Shown piece after piece: positions 14,001 to 27,830 of a stretch of DNA of 64,000 bases. Below the pieces are notes generated by a model. It saw only the letters and a list, made by a program, of their open reading frames with translations. It was not told the DNA's origin and did no database searches. The number at the start of each line of letters is the position of its first letter. The stretch's first letter is position 1. The position numbers and the translations under genes were made by a program. The DNA is taken from NCBI GenBank assembly GCA_951406725.2, contig OX597814.1:134602001-134666000 (forward strand), in the 5' to 3' direction. This DNA is from Octopus vulgaris (taxonomy: Eukaryota).

Positions 14001-17000
14001 ACACCCAATCTGTAGGTAAATAAAACAGAAAGTTGGACTTGAAGAGACAGAAGTGAAATTCTGGTTGGTACGACCGCATTTTTGCCTATTCATTTGTTAT
14101 ATACATAGTAAGAATGTTTGTCTTTATTTTCTTAACACCTTTTGCTTTATTTTCTTAACACATATATTTCAGTATCAATTTATGATTGTAAAAATTATTG
14201 TACTTTACTGTTGCGAACTAGTGTTTACTCATATCATTACTATTTGATTGCTAGTTGACTATATTATTACTTTATAAAATTGTGTTCCCTTTCAGCATTG
14301 TGAAATTATTATTGAGTTGTTTGTTGGTAATATGTTGAGCACAGTTTTGCTTCTGTGTTTCTGTTGTTGTTTTTCTGTTTGCTTTCCTTGCAGTGAAAAA
14401 AAGCTTAAGCTAGCAAAGTACAGTAAGTAAGCAGTTTAGTTCTTTGATATAAAATGACCTGTATTGTTGTTTGCAACATGCTTTCGATATTTGACACACA
14501 ATCTGTAGGTAAAAGAAACTGAAAGTTGGACTTGAAGAGACAGAAGAATTGAAATTCTTGTTGGTACGACCGCATTTTTGGCTATTCATTTGTTATATAC
14601 ATAGGAAGAACATTCGTCTTTGTTTTCTTAACACCTTTCGCTTTATTTTCTTAACACATATATTTTAGTATCAATTTATGATTGTAAAGATATTGTACTT
14701 TACTGTTGTGTACTAGTGTTTACTAATCTCATTACTATTTGATTGCTATTTAACTATATTATTACTTTATATAACTCTGTTCCTTTTCAGCATTGTGAAA
14801 TTATTATTGAGTTCTCTGTTGGTTACTTATTGAGCACAGTTTTGCCTGTGTCTTTTTGTTGTTGTTTTTTCTGTTTCCTTTCCTTGCAGTCGAAAAAAGC
14901 TTAAGCTAGCAACGTACAGTAAGTAAGCAGTTTAGTTCTTTGATATAAAATGACCTGTATTGTTGTTTGCAACATGCTTTCTATATTTGAAACACCATCT
15001 GTAGGTAAAAGAAACAGATAGTTGGACTTGAAAGGACAGAAGCAACAAAATTCTGGCTTGTACAACCGCATTTTTACCTATTCATTTGCTATATACATCT
15101 TAAGAATGTTCGTTTTTATTTTCTTAAAACCTTTTGCTTTATTTTCTTAACACAGATATTTTAGTATCAATTTATGATCGTAAAATGTATTGTAAATGAC
15201 TGTTGCGTGCTAGTGTTTATTCATCTCTTTACTATTTGATTGCTAGTTAACTATATTATTTCTTTATAAAATTGTGTTCCCTTTCAGCATTGTGAAATTA
15301 TTACTGAGTTGTTTGTTGGTTATTTGTTGAGCACAGTTTTGTATGTATGTTTCTCTTGTTTTTTTTTATTTGGTTTCCTTGCAGTGCAAAAAGCTTAAGC
15401 TAGCAAAGTACAGTAAGTAAGCAGTTTATTATTTGATATAAAATGTCCTCTATTGTTTGCATCATGCTTTCTATATTTGACACAGAATCTGTAGGTCAAA
15501 GAAACAGATAGTTGGACTTGAAAAGACAGAAGGAATGAAATTCTGGCTGGTACAACAGCATTTTTGCCTATTTATTATTGAGTTGTTTGTTGGTTATTTA
15601 TTGAGCACTGTTTTGCCTGTGTCTTTTTGTTGTTTTTCTGTTTGCTTTCCTTGCAGTGAAAAAAAGCTTAAGCTAGCAACGTACAGTAAGTAAGCAGTTT
15701 AGTTCTTTGATATAAAATGACCTGTATTGTTGTTTGCAACATGCTTTCGATATTTGACACACAATCTGTAGGTAAAAGAAACAGAAAGTTGGACTTGAAG
15801 AGACAGAAGAAATGAAATTCTTCTTGGTACGACCGCATTTTTGCCTATTCATTTGTTATATACATAGGAAGAATGTTCGTCTTTGTTTTCCTAACACCTT
15901 TTGCTTTATTTTCTTAACACATATATTTTAGTATCAATTTATGATTGTAAAGATATTGTACTTTACTAATCTCATTACTATTTGATTGCTATTTAACTAT
16001 ATTATTACTTTATATAACTCTGTTCCTTTTCAGCATTGTGAAATTATTATTGAGTTGTTTGTTGGTTATTTATTGAGCACAGTTTTGCCTGTGTCTTTTT
16101 GTTGTTGTTTTTTCTGTTTCCTTTCCTTGCAGTCAAAAAAAGCTTAAGCTAGCAAAGTACAGTAAGTAAGCAGTTTAGTTCTTTGATATAAAATGACCTG
16201 TATTGTTGTTTGCAACATGCTTTCGATATTTGACACACCATCTGTAGGTAAAAGAAACAGATAGTTGGACTTGAAAGGACAGAAGCAACAAAATTCTGGC
16301 TTGTACAACCGCATTTTTGCCTATTCATTTGCTATATATATAGTAAGAATGTTCGTCTTTATTTTCTTAAAACCTTTTGCTTTATTTTCTTAACACATAT
16401 ATTTTAGTATCAATTTATGATCGTAAAATGTATGGTAAATGACTGTTGCGTGCTAGTGTTTATTCATCTCTTTACTATTTGATTGCTAGTTAACTTTATT
16501 ATTACTTTATAAAATTGTGTTCCCTTTCAGCATTGTGAAATTATTACTGAGTTGTTTGTTGGTTATTTGTTGAGCACAGTTTTGTATGTATGTTTCTCTT
16601 GTTGTTTTTTTTATTTGGTTTCCTTGCAGTGAAAAAAGCTTAAGCTAGCAAAGTACAGTAAGTAAGCAGTTTAGTTATTTGATATAAAATATCCTGTATT
16701 GTTTGCAACATGCTTTCTATATTTGACACAGAATCTGTAGGTCAAAGAAACAGATAGTTGGACTTGAAAAGACAGAAGGAATGAATTTCTGGCTAGTACA
16801 ACAGCATTTTTGCCTATTTATTATTGAGTTGTTTGTTGGTTATTTATTGAGCACAGTTTTGCCTGTGTCTTTTTGTTGTTTTTCTGTTTGCTTTCCTTGC
16901 AGTGAAAAAAAGCTTAAGCTAGCAACGTACAGTAAGTAAGCAGTTTAGTTCTTTGATATAAAATGACCTGTATTGTCGTTTGCAACATGCTTTCGATATT

Positions 17001-20000
17001 TGACACACAATCTGTAGGTAAAAGAAACAGAAAGTTGGACTTGAAGAGACAGAAGAAATGAAATTCTTGTTGGTACGACCGCATTTTTGCCTATTCATTT
17101 GTTATATACATAGGAAGAATGTTCGTCTTTGTTTTCTTAACACCTTTTGCTTTATTTTCTTAACACATATATTTTAGTATCAACTTATGATTGTAAAGAT
17201 ATTGTACTTTACTGTTGCGTACTAGTGTTTACTAATCTCATTACTATTTGATTGCTATTTAACTATATTATTACTTTATAAAATTGTGTTCCCTTTCAGC
17301 ATTGTGAAATTATTATTGAGTTGTTTGTTGGTAATATGTTGAGCACAGTTTTGCTTCTGTGTTTCTGTTGTTGTTTTTCTGTTTGCTTTCCTTGCAGTGA
17401 AAAAAAGCTTAAGCTAGCAAAGTACAGTAAGTAAGCAGTTTAGTTCTTTGATATAAAATGACCTGTATTGTTGTTTGCAACATGCTTTCGATATTTGACA
17501 CACCATCTGTAGGTAAAAGAAACAGAAAGTCGGACTTGAAGACACAGCAGAAATGAAATTCTGGTTGGTACGGCCGCATTTTTGCCTATTCATTTGTTAT
17601 ATGCATAGGAAGAATGTTTGTCTTTGTTTTCTTAACACCTTTCGCTTTATTTTCTTTACATATATTTTAGTATAAATTTATGATTGTAAAATATTGTACT
17701 TTACTGTTGTGTACTAGTGTTTACTAATCTCATTACTATTTGATTGCTATTTAACTATATTATTACTTTATATAACTCTGTTCCCTTTCAGCATTGTGAA
17801 ATTATTATTGAGTTGTTTGTTCCTTATTTGTTGAGCACAGTTTTGTTTGTGTGTTTCTGTTGTTGTTTTTCAATTTGGTTTCCTTGCAGTGAAAAAAAGC
17901 TTACGCTAGCAAAGTACTGTAAGTAAACACTTTAGTTCTTTGATATAAAATGACCTGTATTGTTGTTTGCAACATGCTTTCTATATTTAACACACCATCT
18001 GTAGGTAAAAGAAACAGATAGTTGGACTTGAAAGGACAGAAGCAATAAAATTCTGGCTTGTACAACCGCATTTTTGCCTATTCATTTGCTATATACATAG
18101 CAAGAATGTTCGTCTTAATTTTCTTAAAACCTTTGGCTTTATTTTCTTAACTCATATATTTTAGTATCAATTTATGATCGTAAAATTTATTCTAAATGAC
18201 TGTTGCGTGCTAGTGTTTACACATCTCATTATTATTTGATTGGTAGTTAACTATGTTATTACCTTATAAACTTGTGTTCCCTTTCACCATTGTGAAATTA
18301 TTATTGAGTTGTTTGTTGGTTATTTATTCAGCACAGTTTTACCTGTGTCTTTTTGTTGTTGTTTTTCTGTTTGCTCTCCTTGCAGTGAAAAAAAGCTGAA
18401 GCTAGCAAATTACAGTAAGTAAGCAGTTTAGTTCCTTGATATAAAATGACCTGTATTGTTGTTTGCAACATGCTTTCGATATTTGACACACAATCTGTAG
18501 GTAAAAGAAACAGAAAGTTGGACTTGAAGAGACAGAAGAATTGAAATTCTTGTTGGTACGACCGCATTTTTGGCTATTCATTTGTTATATACATAGGAAG
18601 AACATTCGTCTTTGTTTTCTTAACACCTTTCGCTTTATTTTCTTAACTCATATATTTTAGTATCAATTTATGATAGTAAAGATATCATACTTTACTGTTG
18701 TGTACTAGTGTTTACTAATCTCATTACTATTTGATTGCTATTTAACTATATTATTACTTTATATAACTCTGTTCCCTTTCAGCATTGTGAAATTATTATT
18801 GAGTTGTTTGTTCCTTATTTGTTGAGCACAGTTTTGTTTGTGTGTTTCTGTTGTTGTTTTTCAATTTGGTTTCCTTGCAGTGAAAAAAAGCTTAAGCTAG
18901 CAAAGTACTGTAAGTAAACAGTTTAGTTCTTTGACATAAAATGACCTGTATTGTTGTTTGCAACATGCTTTCTATATTTGACACACCATCTGTAGGTAAA
19001 AGAAACAGATAGTTTGACTTGAAAGGACAGAAGCAATAAAATTCTGGCTTGTACAACCGCATTTTTGCCTATTCATTTGCTATATACATAGTAAGAATGT
19101 TTGTCTTTATTTTCTTAACACATATATTTTAGTATCAATTTGTGATTGTAAAGATATTGTACTTTACTGTTGCGTGCTTGTGTTTACTCATCTCTTTACT
19201 ATTTCATTGCTAGTTGACTGTATTATTACTTTATAAAATTGTGTTCCCTTTCAGCATTGTGGAATTATTATTGAGTTGTTTGTTGGTAATATGTTGAGCA
19301 CAGTTTTGCTTCTGTGTTTCTGTTGTTGTTTTTCTGTTTGCATTCCTTGCAGTGAAAAAAAGCGTAGGCTAGCAAAGTACAGTAAGTAAGCAGTTTACTT
19401 CTTTGATATTAAATGACCTGAATTGTTGTTTGCAACATGTTTTCGATATTTGACACCCAATCTGTAGGTAAAAAAAACAGAAAGTTGGACTTGAAGAGAC
19501 AGAAGTGAAATTCTGGTTGGTACGACCGCATTTTTGCCTATTCATTTGTTATATACATAGTAAGAATGTTCGTCTTTATTTTCTTAACACCTTTTGCTTT
19601 ATTTTCTTAACACATATATTTCAGTATCAATTTATGATTGTAAAAATAATTGTACTTTACTGTTGTGTACTAGTGTTTACTCATATCATTACTAGTTGGA
19701 CTTGAAAAGACAGAAGGAATGAATTTCTGGCTGGTACAACAGCATTTTTGCCTATTTATTATTGAGTTGTTTGTTGGTTATTTATTGAGCACAGTTTTGC
19801 CTGTGTCTTTTTGTTGTTTTTTCTGTTTCCTTTCCTTGCAGTCAAAAAAAGCTTAAGCTAGCAAAGTACAGTAAGTAAGCAGTTTAGTTCTTTGATATAA
19901 AATGACCTGTATTGTTGTTTGCAACATGCTTTCAATATTTGACACAGAATCTGTAGGTAAAAGAAACAGAAAGTTGGACTTGAAGAGACAGAAGAAATGA

Positions 20001-23000
20001 AATTCTTGTTGGTACGACCGCATTTTTGGCTATTCATTTGTTATATACATAGGAAGAACATTCGTCTTTGTTTTCTTAACACCTTTCGCTTTATTTTTTA
20101 ACTCATATATTTTAGTATCAATTTATGATAGTAAAGATATCGTACTTTACTGTTGTGTACTAGTGTTTACTAATCTCATTACTATTTGATTGCTATTTAA
20201 CTATATTATTACTTTATATAACTCTGTTCCTTTTCAGCATTGTGAAATTATTATTGAGTTGTTTGTTGGTTATTTATTGAGCACAGTTTTGCCTGTGTCT
20301 TTTTGTTTTTGTTTTTTCTGTTTCCTTTCCTTGCAGTCAAAAAAAGCTTAAGCTAGCAAAGTACAGTAAGTAAGCAGTTTAGTTCTTTGATATAAAATGA
20401 CCTGTATTGTTGTTTGGAACATGCTTTCGATATTTGACACACAATCTGTAGGTAAATGAAACAGGATGTTGGACTTGAAGAGACAGAAGAAATGAAATTT
20501 TGGTTGGTACGACCCCATTTTTGCCTATTCATTTGTTATATACATAGTAAGAATGTTCGTTTTTATTTTCTTAACACATATATTTTAGTATCAATTTGTG
20601 ATTGTAAAGATATTGTACTTTACTGTTGCGTGCTAGTGTTTACTCATCTCTTTACTATTTCATTGCTAGTTGACTATATTATTACTTTATAAAATTGTGT
20701 TCCCTTTCAGCATTGTGGAATTATTATTGAGTTGTTTGTTGGTAATATGTTGAGCACAGTTTTGCTTCTGTGTTTCTGTTGTTGATTTTCTGTTTGCTTT
20801 CCTTGCAGTGAAAAAAAGCTTAAGCTAGCAAAGTACAGTAAGTAAGCAGTTTAGTTCTTTGATATAAAATGACCTGTATTGTTGTTTGCAACATGCTTTC
20901 TATATTTGACACACAATCTGTAGGTTAAAGAAACAGAGAGTTGGACTTGAAGAGACAGAAGAAATGAAATTCTTGTTGGTACGACCGCATTTTTGGCTAT
21001 TCATTTGTTATATACATAGGAAGAACATTCGTCTTTGTTTTCTTAACACCTTTCGCTTTATTTTCTTAACACATATATTTTAGTATCAATTTATGATTGT
21101 AAAGATATTGTACTTTACTATTGTGTACTAGTGTTTACTAATCTCATTGCTATTTAACTATATTATTACTTTATATAACTCTGTTCCTTTTCAGCATTGT
21201 GAAATTATTATTGAGTTGTTTGTTGGTTATTTATTGAGCACAGTTTTGCCTGTGTCTTTTTGTTGTTGTTTTTTCTGTTTCCTTTCCTTGCAGTCAAAAA
21301 AAAGCTTAAGCTAGCAAACTACAGTAAGTAAGCAGTTTAGTTCTTTGATATAAAATGACCTGTATTGTTGTGTGCAACATGCTTTCTATATTTGAAACAC
21401 CATCTGTAGGTAAAAGAAACAGATAGTTGGACTTGAAAGGACAGAAGCAACAAAATTCTGGCTTGTACAACCGCATTTTTACCTATTCATTTGCTATATA
21501 CATAGTAAGAATGTTCGTCTTTATTTTCTTAAAACCTTTTGCTTTATTTTCTTAACACATATATTTTAGTATCAATTTATGATCGTAAAATGTATTGTAA
21601 ATGACTGTTGCGTGCTAGTGTTTATTCATCTCTTTACTATTTGATTGCTAGTTAACTATATTATTACTTTATAAAATTGCATTCCCTTTCAGCATAGTGA
21701 AATTATTATTGAGTTGTTTGTTGGTTATTTGTTGAGCACAGTTTTGTAAGTATGTTTCTGTTGTTGTTTTTTTTATTTGGTTTCCTTGCAGTGCAAAAAG
21801 CTTAAGCTAGCAAAGTACAGTAAGTAAGCAGTTTATTATTTGATATAAAATGTCCTCTATTGTTTGCAACATGCTTTTTATATTTGACACAGAATCTGTA
21901 GGTCAAAGAAACAGATAGTTGGACTTGAAAAGACAGAAGGAATGAAATTCTGGCTGGTACAACAGCATTTTTGCCTATTTATTATTGAGTTGTTTGTTGG
22001 TTATTTATTGAGCACTGTTTTGCCTGTGTCTTTTTGTTGTTTTTCTGTTTGCTTTCCTTGCAGTGAAAAAAAGCTTAAGCTAGCAACGTACAGTAAGTAA
22101 GCAGTTTAGTTCTTTGATATAAAATGACCTGCATTGTTTTTTGCAACATGCTTTCGATATTTGACACACAATCTGTGAAAGTTGGACTTGAAGAGACAGA
22201 AGAAATGAAATTCTTCTTGGTACGACCGCATTTTTGCCTATTCATTTGTTATATACATAGGAAGAATGTTCGTCTTTGTTTTCTTAACACCTTTTGCTTT
22301 ATTTTCTTAGCACATATATTTTAGTATCAATTTATGATTGTAAAGATATTGTACTTTACTGTTGTGTACTAGTGTTTACTAATCTCATTACTATTTGATT
22401 GCTATTTAACTATATTATTACTTTATATAACTCTGTTCCCTTTCAGCATTGTGAAATTATTATTGAGTTGTTTGTTCCTTATTTGTTGAGCACAGTTTTG
22501 TTTGTGTGTTTCTGTTGTTGTTTTTCAATTTGGTTTCCTTGCAGTGAAAAAAGCTTAAGCTAGCAAAGTACTGTAAGTAAGCAGTTTAGTTCTTTGATAT
22601 AAAATGACCTGTATTGTTGTTTGCAACATGCTTTCTATATTTGACACACCATCTGTAGGTAAAAGAAACAGATAGTTTGACTTGAAAGGTCAGAAGCAAT
22701 AAAATTCTGGCTTGTACAACTGCATTTTTGCCTATTCATTTGCTATATACATAGCAAGAATGTTCGTCTTAATTTTCTTAAAACCTTTGGCTCTATTTTC
22801 TTAACTCATATATTTTAGTATCAATTTATGATCGTAAAATTTATTCTAAATGACTGTTGCGTGCTAGTGTTTACTCATCTCATTATTATTTGATTGGTAG
22901 TTAACTATGTTATTACCTTATAAAATTGGGTTCCCTTTCACCATTGTGAAATTATTATTGAGTTGTTTGTTGGTTATTTATTCAGCACAGTTTTACCTGT

Positions 23001-26000
23001 GTCTTTTTGTTGTTGTTTTTCTGTTTGCTTTCCTTGCAGTGAAAAAAAGCTGAAGCTAGCAAAGTACAGTAAGTAAGCAGTTTAGTTCCTTGATATAAAA
23101 TGACCTGTATTGTTGTTTGCAACATGTTTTCGATATTTGACACCCAATCTGTAGGTAAAAAAAATAGAAAGTTGGACTTGAAGAGACAGAAGTGAAATTC
23201 TGGTTGGTACGACCGCATTTTTGCCTATTCATTTGTTATATACATAGTAAGAATGTTCGTCTTTATTTTCTTAACACCTTTTGCTTTATTTTCTTAACAC
23301 ATATATTTCAGTATCAACTTATGATTGTAAAAATAATTGTACTTTACTGTTGTGTACTAGTGTTTACTCATATCATTACTATTTGATTGCTAGGTGACTA
23401 TATTATTACTTTATAAAATTGTGTTCTCTTTCAGCATTGTGAAATTATTATTGGGTTGTTTGTTGGTAATATGTTGAGCACAGTTTTGCTTCTGTGTTTC
23501 TGTTGTTGTTTTTCTGTTTGCTTTCCTTGCAGTGAAAAAAAGCTTAAGCTAGCAAAGTACAGTAAGTAAGCAGTTTAGTTCTTTGATATAAAATGACCTG
23601 TATTGTTGTTTGCAACATGCTTTCGATATTTGACACACAATCTGTAGGTAAATGAAACAGAAAGTTGGACTTGAAGAGACAGAAGAAATGAAATTCTTGT
23701 TGGTACGACCGCATTTTTGGCTATCCATTTGTTATATACATAGGAAGAACGTTCGTCTTTGTTTTCTTAACACCTTTCGCTTTATTTTCTTAACACATAT
23801 ATTTTAGTATCAATTTATGATTGTAAAGATATTGTACTTTACTGTTGTGTACTAGTGTTTACTAATCTCAATACTATTTGATTGCTATTTAACTATATTA
23901 TTACTTTATATAACTCTGTTCCTTTTCAGCATTGTGAAATTATTATTGAGTTGTTTGTTGGTTATTTATTGAGCACAGTTTTGCCTGTGTCTTTTTGTTG
24001 TTTTTTCTGTTTCCTTTCCTTGCAGTCAAAAAAAGCTTAAGCTAGCAAAGTACAGTAAGTAAGCAGTTTAGTTCTTTGATATAAAATGACCTGTATTGTT
24101 GTTTGCAACATGCTTTCTATATTTGACACACCATCTGTAGGTAAAAGAAACAGATAGTTGGAATTGAAAGGACAGAAGCAACAAAATTCTGGCTTGTACA
24201 ACCGCATTTTTGCCTATTCATTTGCTATATACATAGTAAGAATGTTTGTCTTTATTTTCTTAACACCTTTTGCTTTATTTTCTTAACACATATATTTTAG
24301 TATCAATTTATGATCGTAAAATGTATTGTGAATGACTGTTGCGTGCTAGTGTTTATTCATCTCTTTACTATTTGATTGCTAGTTAACTTTATTATTACTT
24401 TATAAAATTGTGTTCCCTTTCAGCATTGTGAAATTATTATTGTGTTGTTTGTTGGTTATTTGTTGAGCACAGTTTTGTATGTATGTTTCTCTTGTTGTTT
24501 TTTTTATTTGGTTTCCTTGCAGTGCCAAAAGCTTAAGCTAGCAAGGTACAGTAAGTAAGCAGTTTAGTTATTTGATATAAAATGTCCTGTATTGTTTGCA
24601 ACATGCTTTCTATATTTGACACAGAATCTGTAGGTCAAAGAAACAGATAGTTGGACTTGAAAAGACAGAAGGAATGAAATTCTGGCTGGTACAACAGCAT
24701 TTTTGCCTATTTTTAATTGAGTTGTTTGTTGGTTATTTATTGAGCACAGTTTTGCCTGTGTCTTTTTGTTGTTTTTCTGTTTGCTTTCCTTGCAGTGAAA
24801 AAAAGCTTAAGCTAGCAAAGTACAGTAAGTAAGCAGTTTAGTTCTTTGATATAAAATGACCTGTATTGTTGTTTGCAACATGCTTTCGATATTTGACACA
24901 CAATCTGTAGGTAAAAGAAACAGAAAGTTGGACTTGAAGAGACAGAAGAAATGAAATTCTTGTTGGTACGACCGCATTTTTGGCTATTCATTTGTTATAT
25001 ACATATGAAGAACGTTCGTCTTTGTTTTCTTAACACCTTTCGCTTTATTTTCTTAACACATATATTTTAGTATCAATTTATGATTGTAAAGATATTGTAC
25101 TTTACTGTTGTGTACTAGTGTTTACTAATCTCATTACTATTTGATTGCTATTTAACTATATTATTACTTTATATAACTCTGTTCCCTTTCAGCATTGTGA
25201 AATTATTATTGAGTTGTTTGTTCCTTATTTGTTGAGCACAGTTTTGTTTGTGTGTTTCTGTTGTTGTTTTTCAATTTGGTTTCCTTGCAGTGAAAAAAAG
25301 CTTAAGCTAGCAAAGTACTGTAAGTAAACAGTTTAGTTCTTTGATATAAAATGACCTGTATTGTTGTTTGCAACATGCTTTCTATATTTGACACACCATC
25401 TGTAGGTAAAAGAAACAGATAGTTGGACTTGAAAGGACAGAAGCAACAAAATTCTGGCTTGTACAACCGCATTTTTACCTATTCATTTGCTATATACATA
25501 GTAAGAATGTTCGTCTTTATTTTCTTAAAACCTTTTGCTTTATTTTCTTAACACATATATTTTAGTATCAATTTATGATCGTAAAAAGTATTGTAATTTA
25601 CTGTTGCGTACTAGTGTTTACTCATCTCATTACTATTTGATTGCTAGTTAACTATATTGTTACTTTATAAAATTGTGTTCCCTTTCAGCATTGTGAAATT
25701 ATTATTGAGTTGTTTGTTGGTTATTTGTTGAGCACAGTTTTGTTTGTGTGTTTATGTAGTTGTTTTTCTGTGTGCTTTCCTTGCAGTGAAAAAAGCTTAA
25801 GCTAGCAAAGTACAGTAAGTCTGCAGTTTAGTTCTTTGATGTAAGATGACCTGCATTGTTGTTTGGAACATGCTTTCTATATTTGACACACAATCTGTAG
25901 GTTAAAGAAACAGAGAGTTGGACTTGAAGAGACAGAAGCTGGTAGGACCGCATTTTTGCATATTCACTAATGTTCAAAGCCACTTTAATATATAGTGATA

Positions 26001-27351
26001 GAAGCAAGTTTTACATGAAAGCAAAAGAGAATTTTTTTTTAAACACAAGTGGGTTTTTTTAACAGTTTTCGCATTAGTGTTTCTCTTTTTCCATCTTCAC
26101 CAGATACAAAATGATGACATGAAGAATCCTAGATAGTGTCATTCAGATAAGAGAACTTTTATTGTATTTAGCTGAAAGTAATAGCCTGTGTATGTTTCTG
26201 AGTATTTTATTCATTGACAGACGTGCTGAATGTTGGAAGAAAATTGAGTATGTAAGGAATCAACTCTTTTTGTCTTTGCCCCAATTCCTGTCTCTGGCTA
26301 AGATCTCAAGACTTTTCTTGTGTTTAATTTCCCTGTGCAACTGATTTTATGTAGATTGTTGTTTTTCTTCTTTCACTGTGGCATTTTTGAATCTTGATAT
26401 GAACATAGTAAGAATTTTCCCCTATCGTAACTATTGAAATTAATAATTGCAGTTGTGTTTGGCTACTTTAAAAAATGTTTACTTGCAATGTAGGGAAACT
26501 AAATCGGAAATAGTATAGTTGCTTTTTGAGTAATGTTATGGGCAGTGTTTTGGAAAATGTGCTTTGTTCGTTTCTCACCAGATATTCAGATAATGAAATT
26601 GGAAAGCGTCTCGATACGTGTGTAAAATTGAAGATAGCAGCTATGCGATTTACGAGGTAGGTCATTGTTTCCGCATATGATGGTAAAGAGAATAACATTT
26701 TAACATGTATGTGTAGAGGTCAACTGTGAATGTAAGAATTGTTTCTTGTGTGTAGAAACTACGTACTTTTACTGTGCGTGCATATGTTTGTATGTTTCTG
26801 TCATTGGCAGATGTGATGACATGAAGAGGACTGGATAAGACAACAGCACTAAGATAAGCCTTATTACTTCAATTCTGTTTAGTGGTTTTTCTGTAGATAT
26901 TTGGATGAAGATTATGCTAAATGTAATGTTTAAATTTGATTATTTGGTAAGTATGGAAAATGCTGGAGATAAGTAATTGCATAGAGAGTTGATGATATTT
27001 TGTGTTGGTTGCAAACATTTCTCTTCGTAGGTTTTGGAATTATTGAAAAATGCTCTGTAAGTGCTTACAGTTACCTACCGTATTACTGTAATGTTAAATT
27101 TTAAAAGATTGATTGGATAAATTTAAGGCCGAACTGTTTGTTTTTTTATGCATGTCATTCTTTGACAGATGCAAAAGCTCTACAGGAAAAGTAGGACTTC
27201 CAATAAGATAAGAGAAAAGTTTGTTTGTAGTTATATAACTTTGTTTCATCTGTGTGTTGTATGTATGAAAAACGCTGCACGTTGTAAGAGGGTCAAGAGT
27301 TTGAGTGATCTCTGAATAAGTGGTACGTTTTGTTTTCTTTTTATGATGCTT

Positions 27352-27830
27352 CATTTTCTTAACACATATTTTAGTATCAATTTATGATCGAAAAAAGTAT
27401 TGTAATTTTCTGTTGTGTACTAAGGTTTACTTATCTCATTACTATTTGATTTCTTGTTAGCTATGTTATTACTTTATAAAATTGTGTTCCCTTTCAGCAT
27501 TGTGAAATTATTATTGAGTTGTTTGTTGGTAATTTGTTGAGCACAGTTTTGTTTGTGTGTTTCTGTTGTTGTTCTTCTGTTCGCTTTCCTTGCAGTGAAA
27601 AAAGCTAAAGCTAGTAAAGTACAGTAAGTAAGCAGTTTAGTTTTTTGATGGAAGATGACCTGTATTTTTGTTTGCAACATGCTTTCTATATTTGACACAC
27701 AATCTGTAGGTAAAAGAAATTGATTGTTGAACTTGAAGAGACAGAAGCAATAAAATTCTGGCTTGTACGACTGCATTTTTGCCTATTCATTTGATATGAA
27801 CATAGAAAGAATGTTCCCCTTTATTTTCTT
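27352..27830. repeat. Orphan diverged satellite monomer
   Basis: Same sequence as the array monomer (ccctttcagcattgtgaaatt..., ttccttgcagtgaaaaaagct...gtacagtaagt, aatctgtaggtaaaag) embedded between unique modules. Confidence 0.93.

Larger units (their letters stand above)
1..25960. repeat. Tandem satellite-like array of ~493-bp monomers plus ~274-bp deleted monomers, about 59 units, open at the left window edge
   Basis: The marker AAGCTTAAGCTAGC, or a close variant, recurs at ~327, 601, 1095, 1368, 1864, 2356, 2848, 3122, 3618, 3892 ... 25793 with spacings of ~492-496 or ~273-274 bp. Confidence 0.98.

Noticed and set aside
1867-25327. Repeated 60-79 aa ORFs in the array as protein-coding genes
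   Set aside because: They occur on both strands, are Cys/Phe/Leu-rich as expected from T-rich DNA, are broken in most monomers, and merely mirror the repeat period.
1-25960. CRISPR array
   Set aside because: There are no unique spacers; whole units are repeated, and the context is eukaryotic with no cas genes.
26111-26175. C/D-box snoRNA (ATGATGA ... CTGA)
   Set aside because: There is no terminal stem, it lies directly after a splice acceptor rather than inside an intron, and the related segment at 26811 lacks a matching D box.
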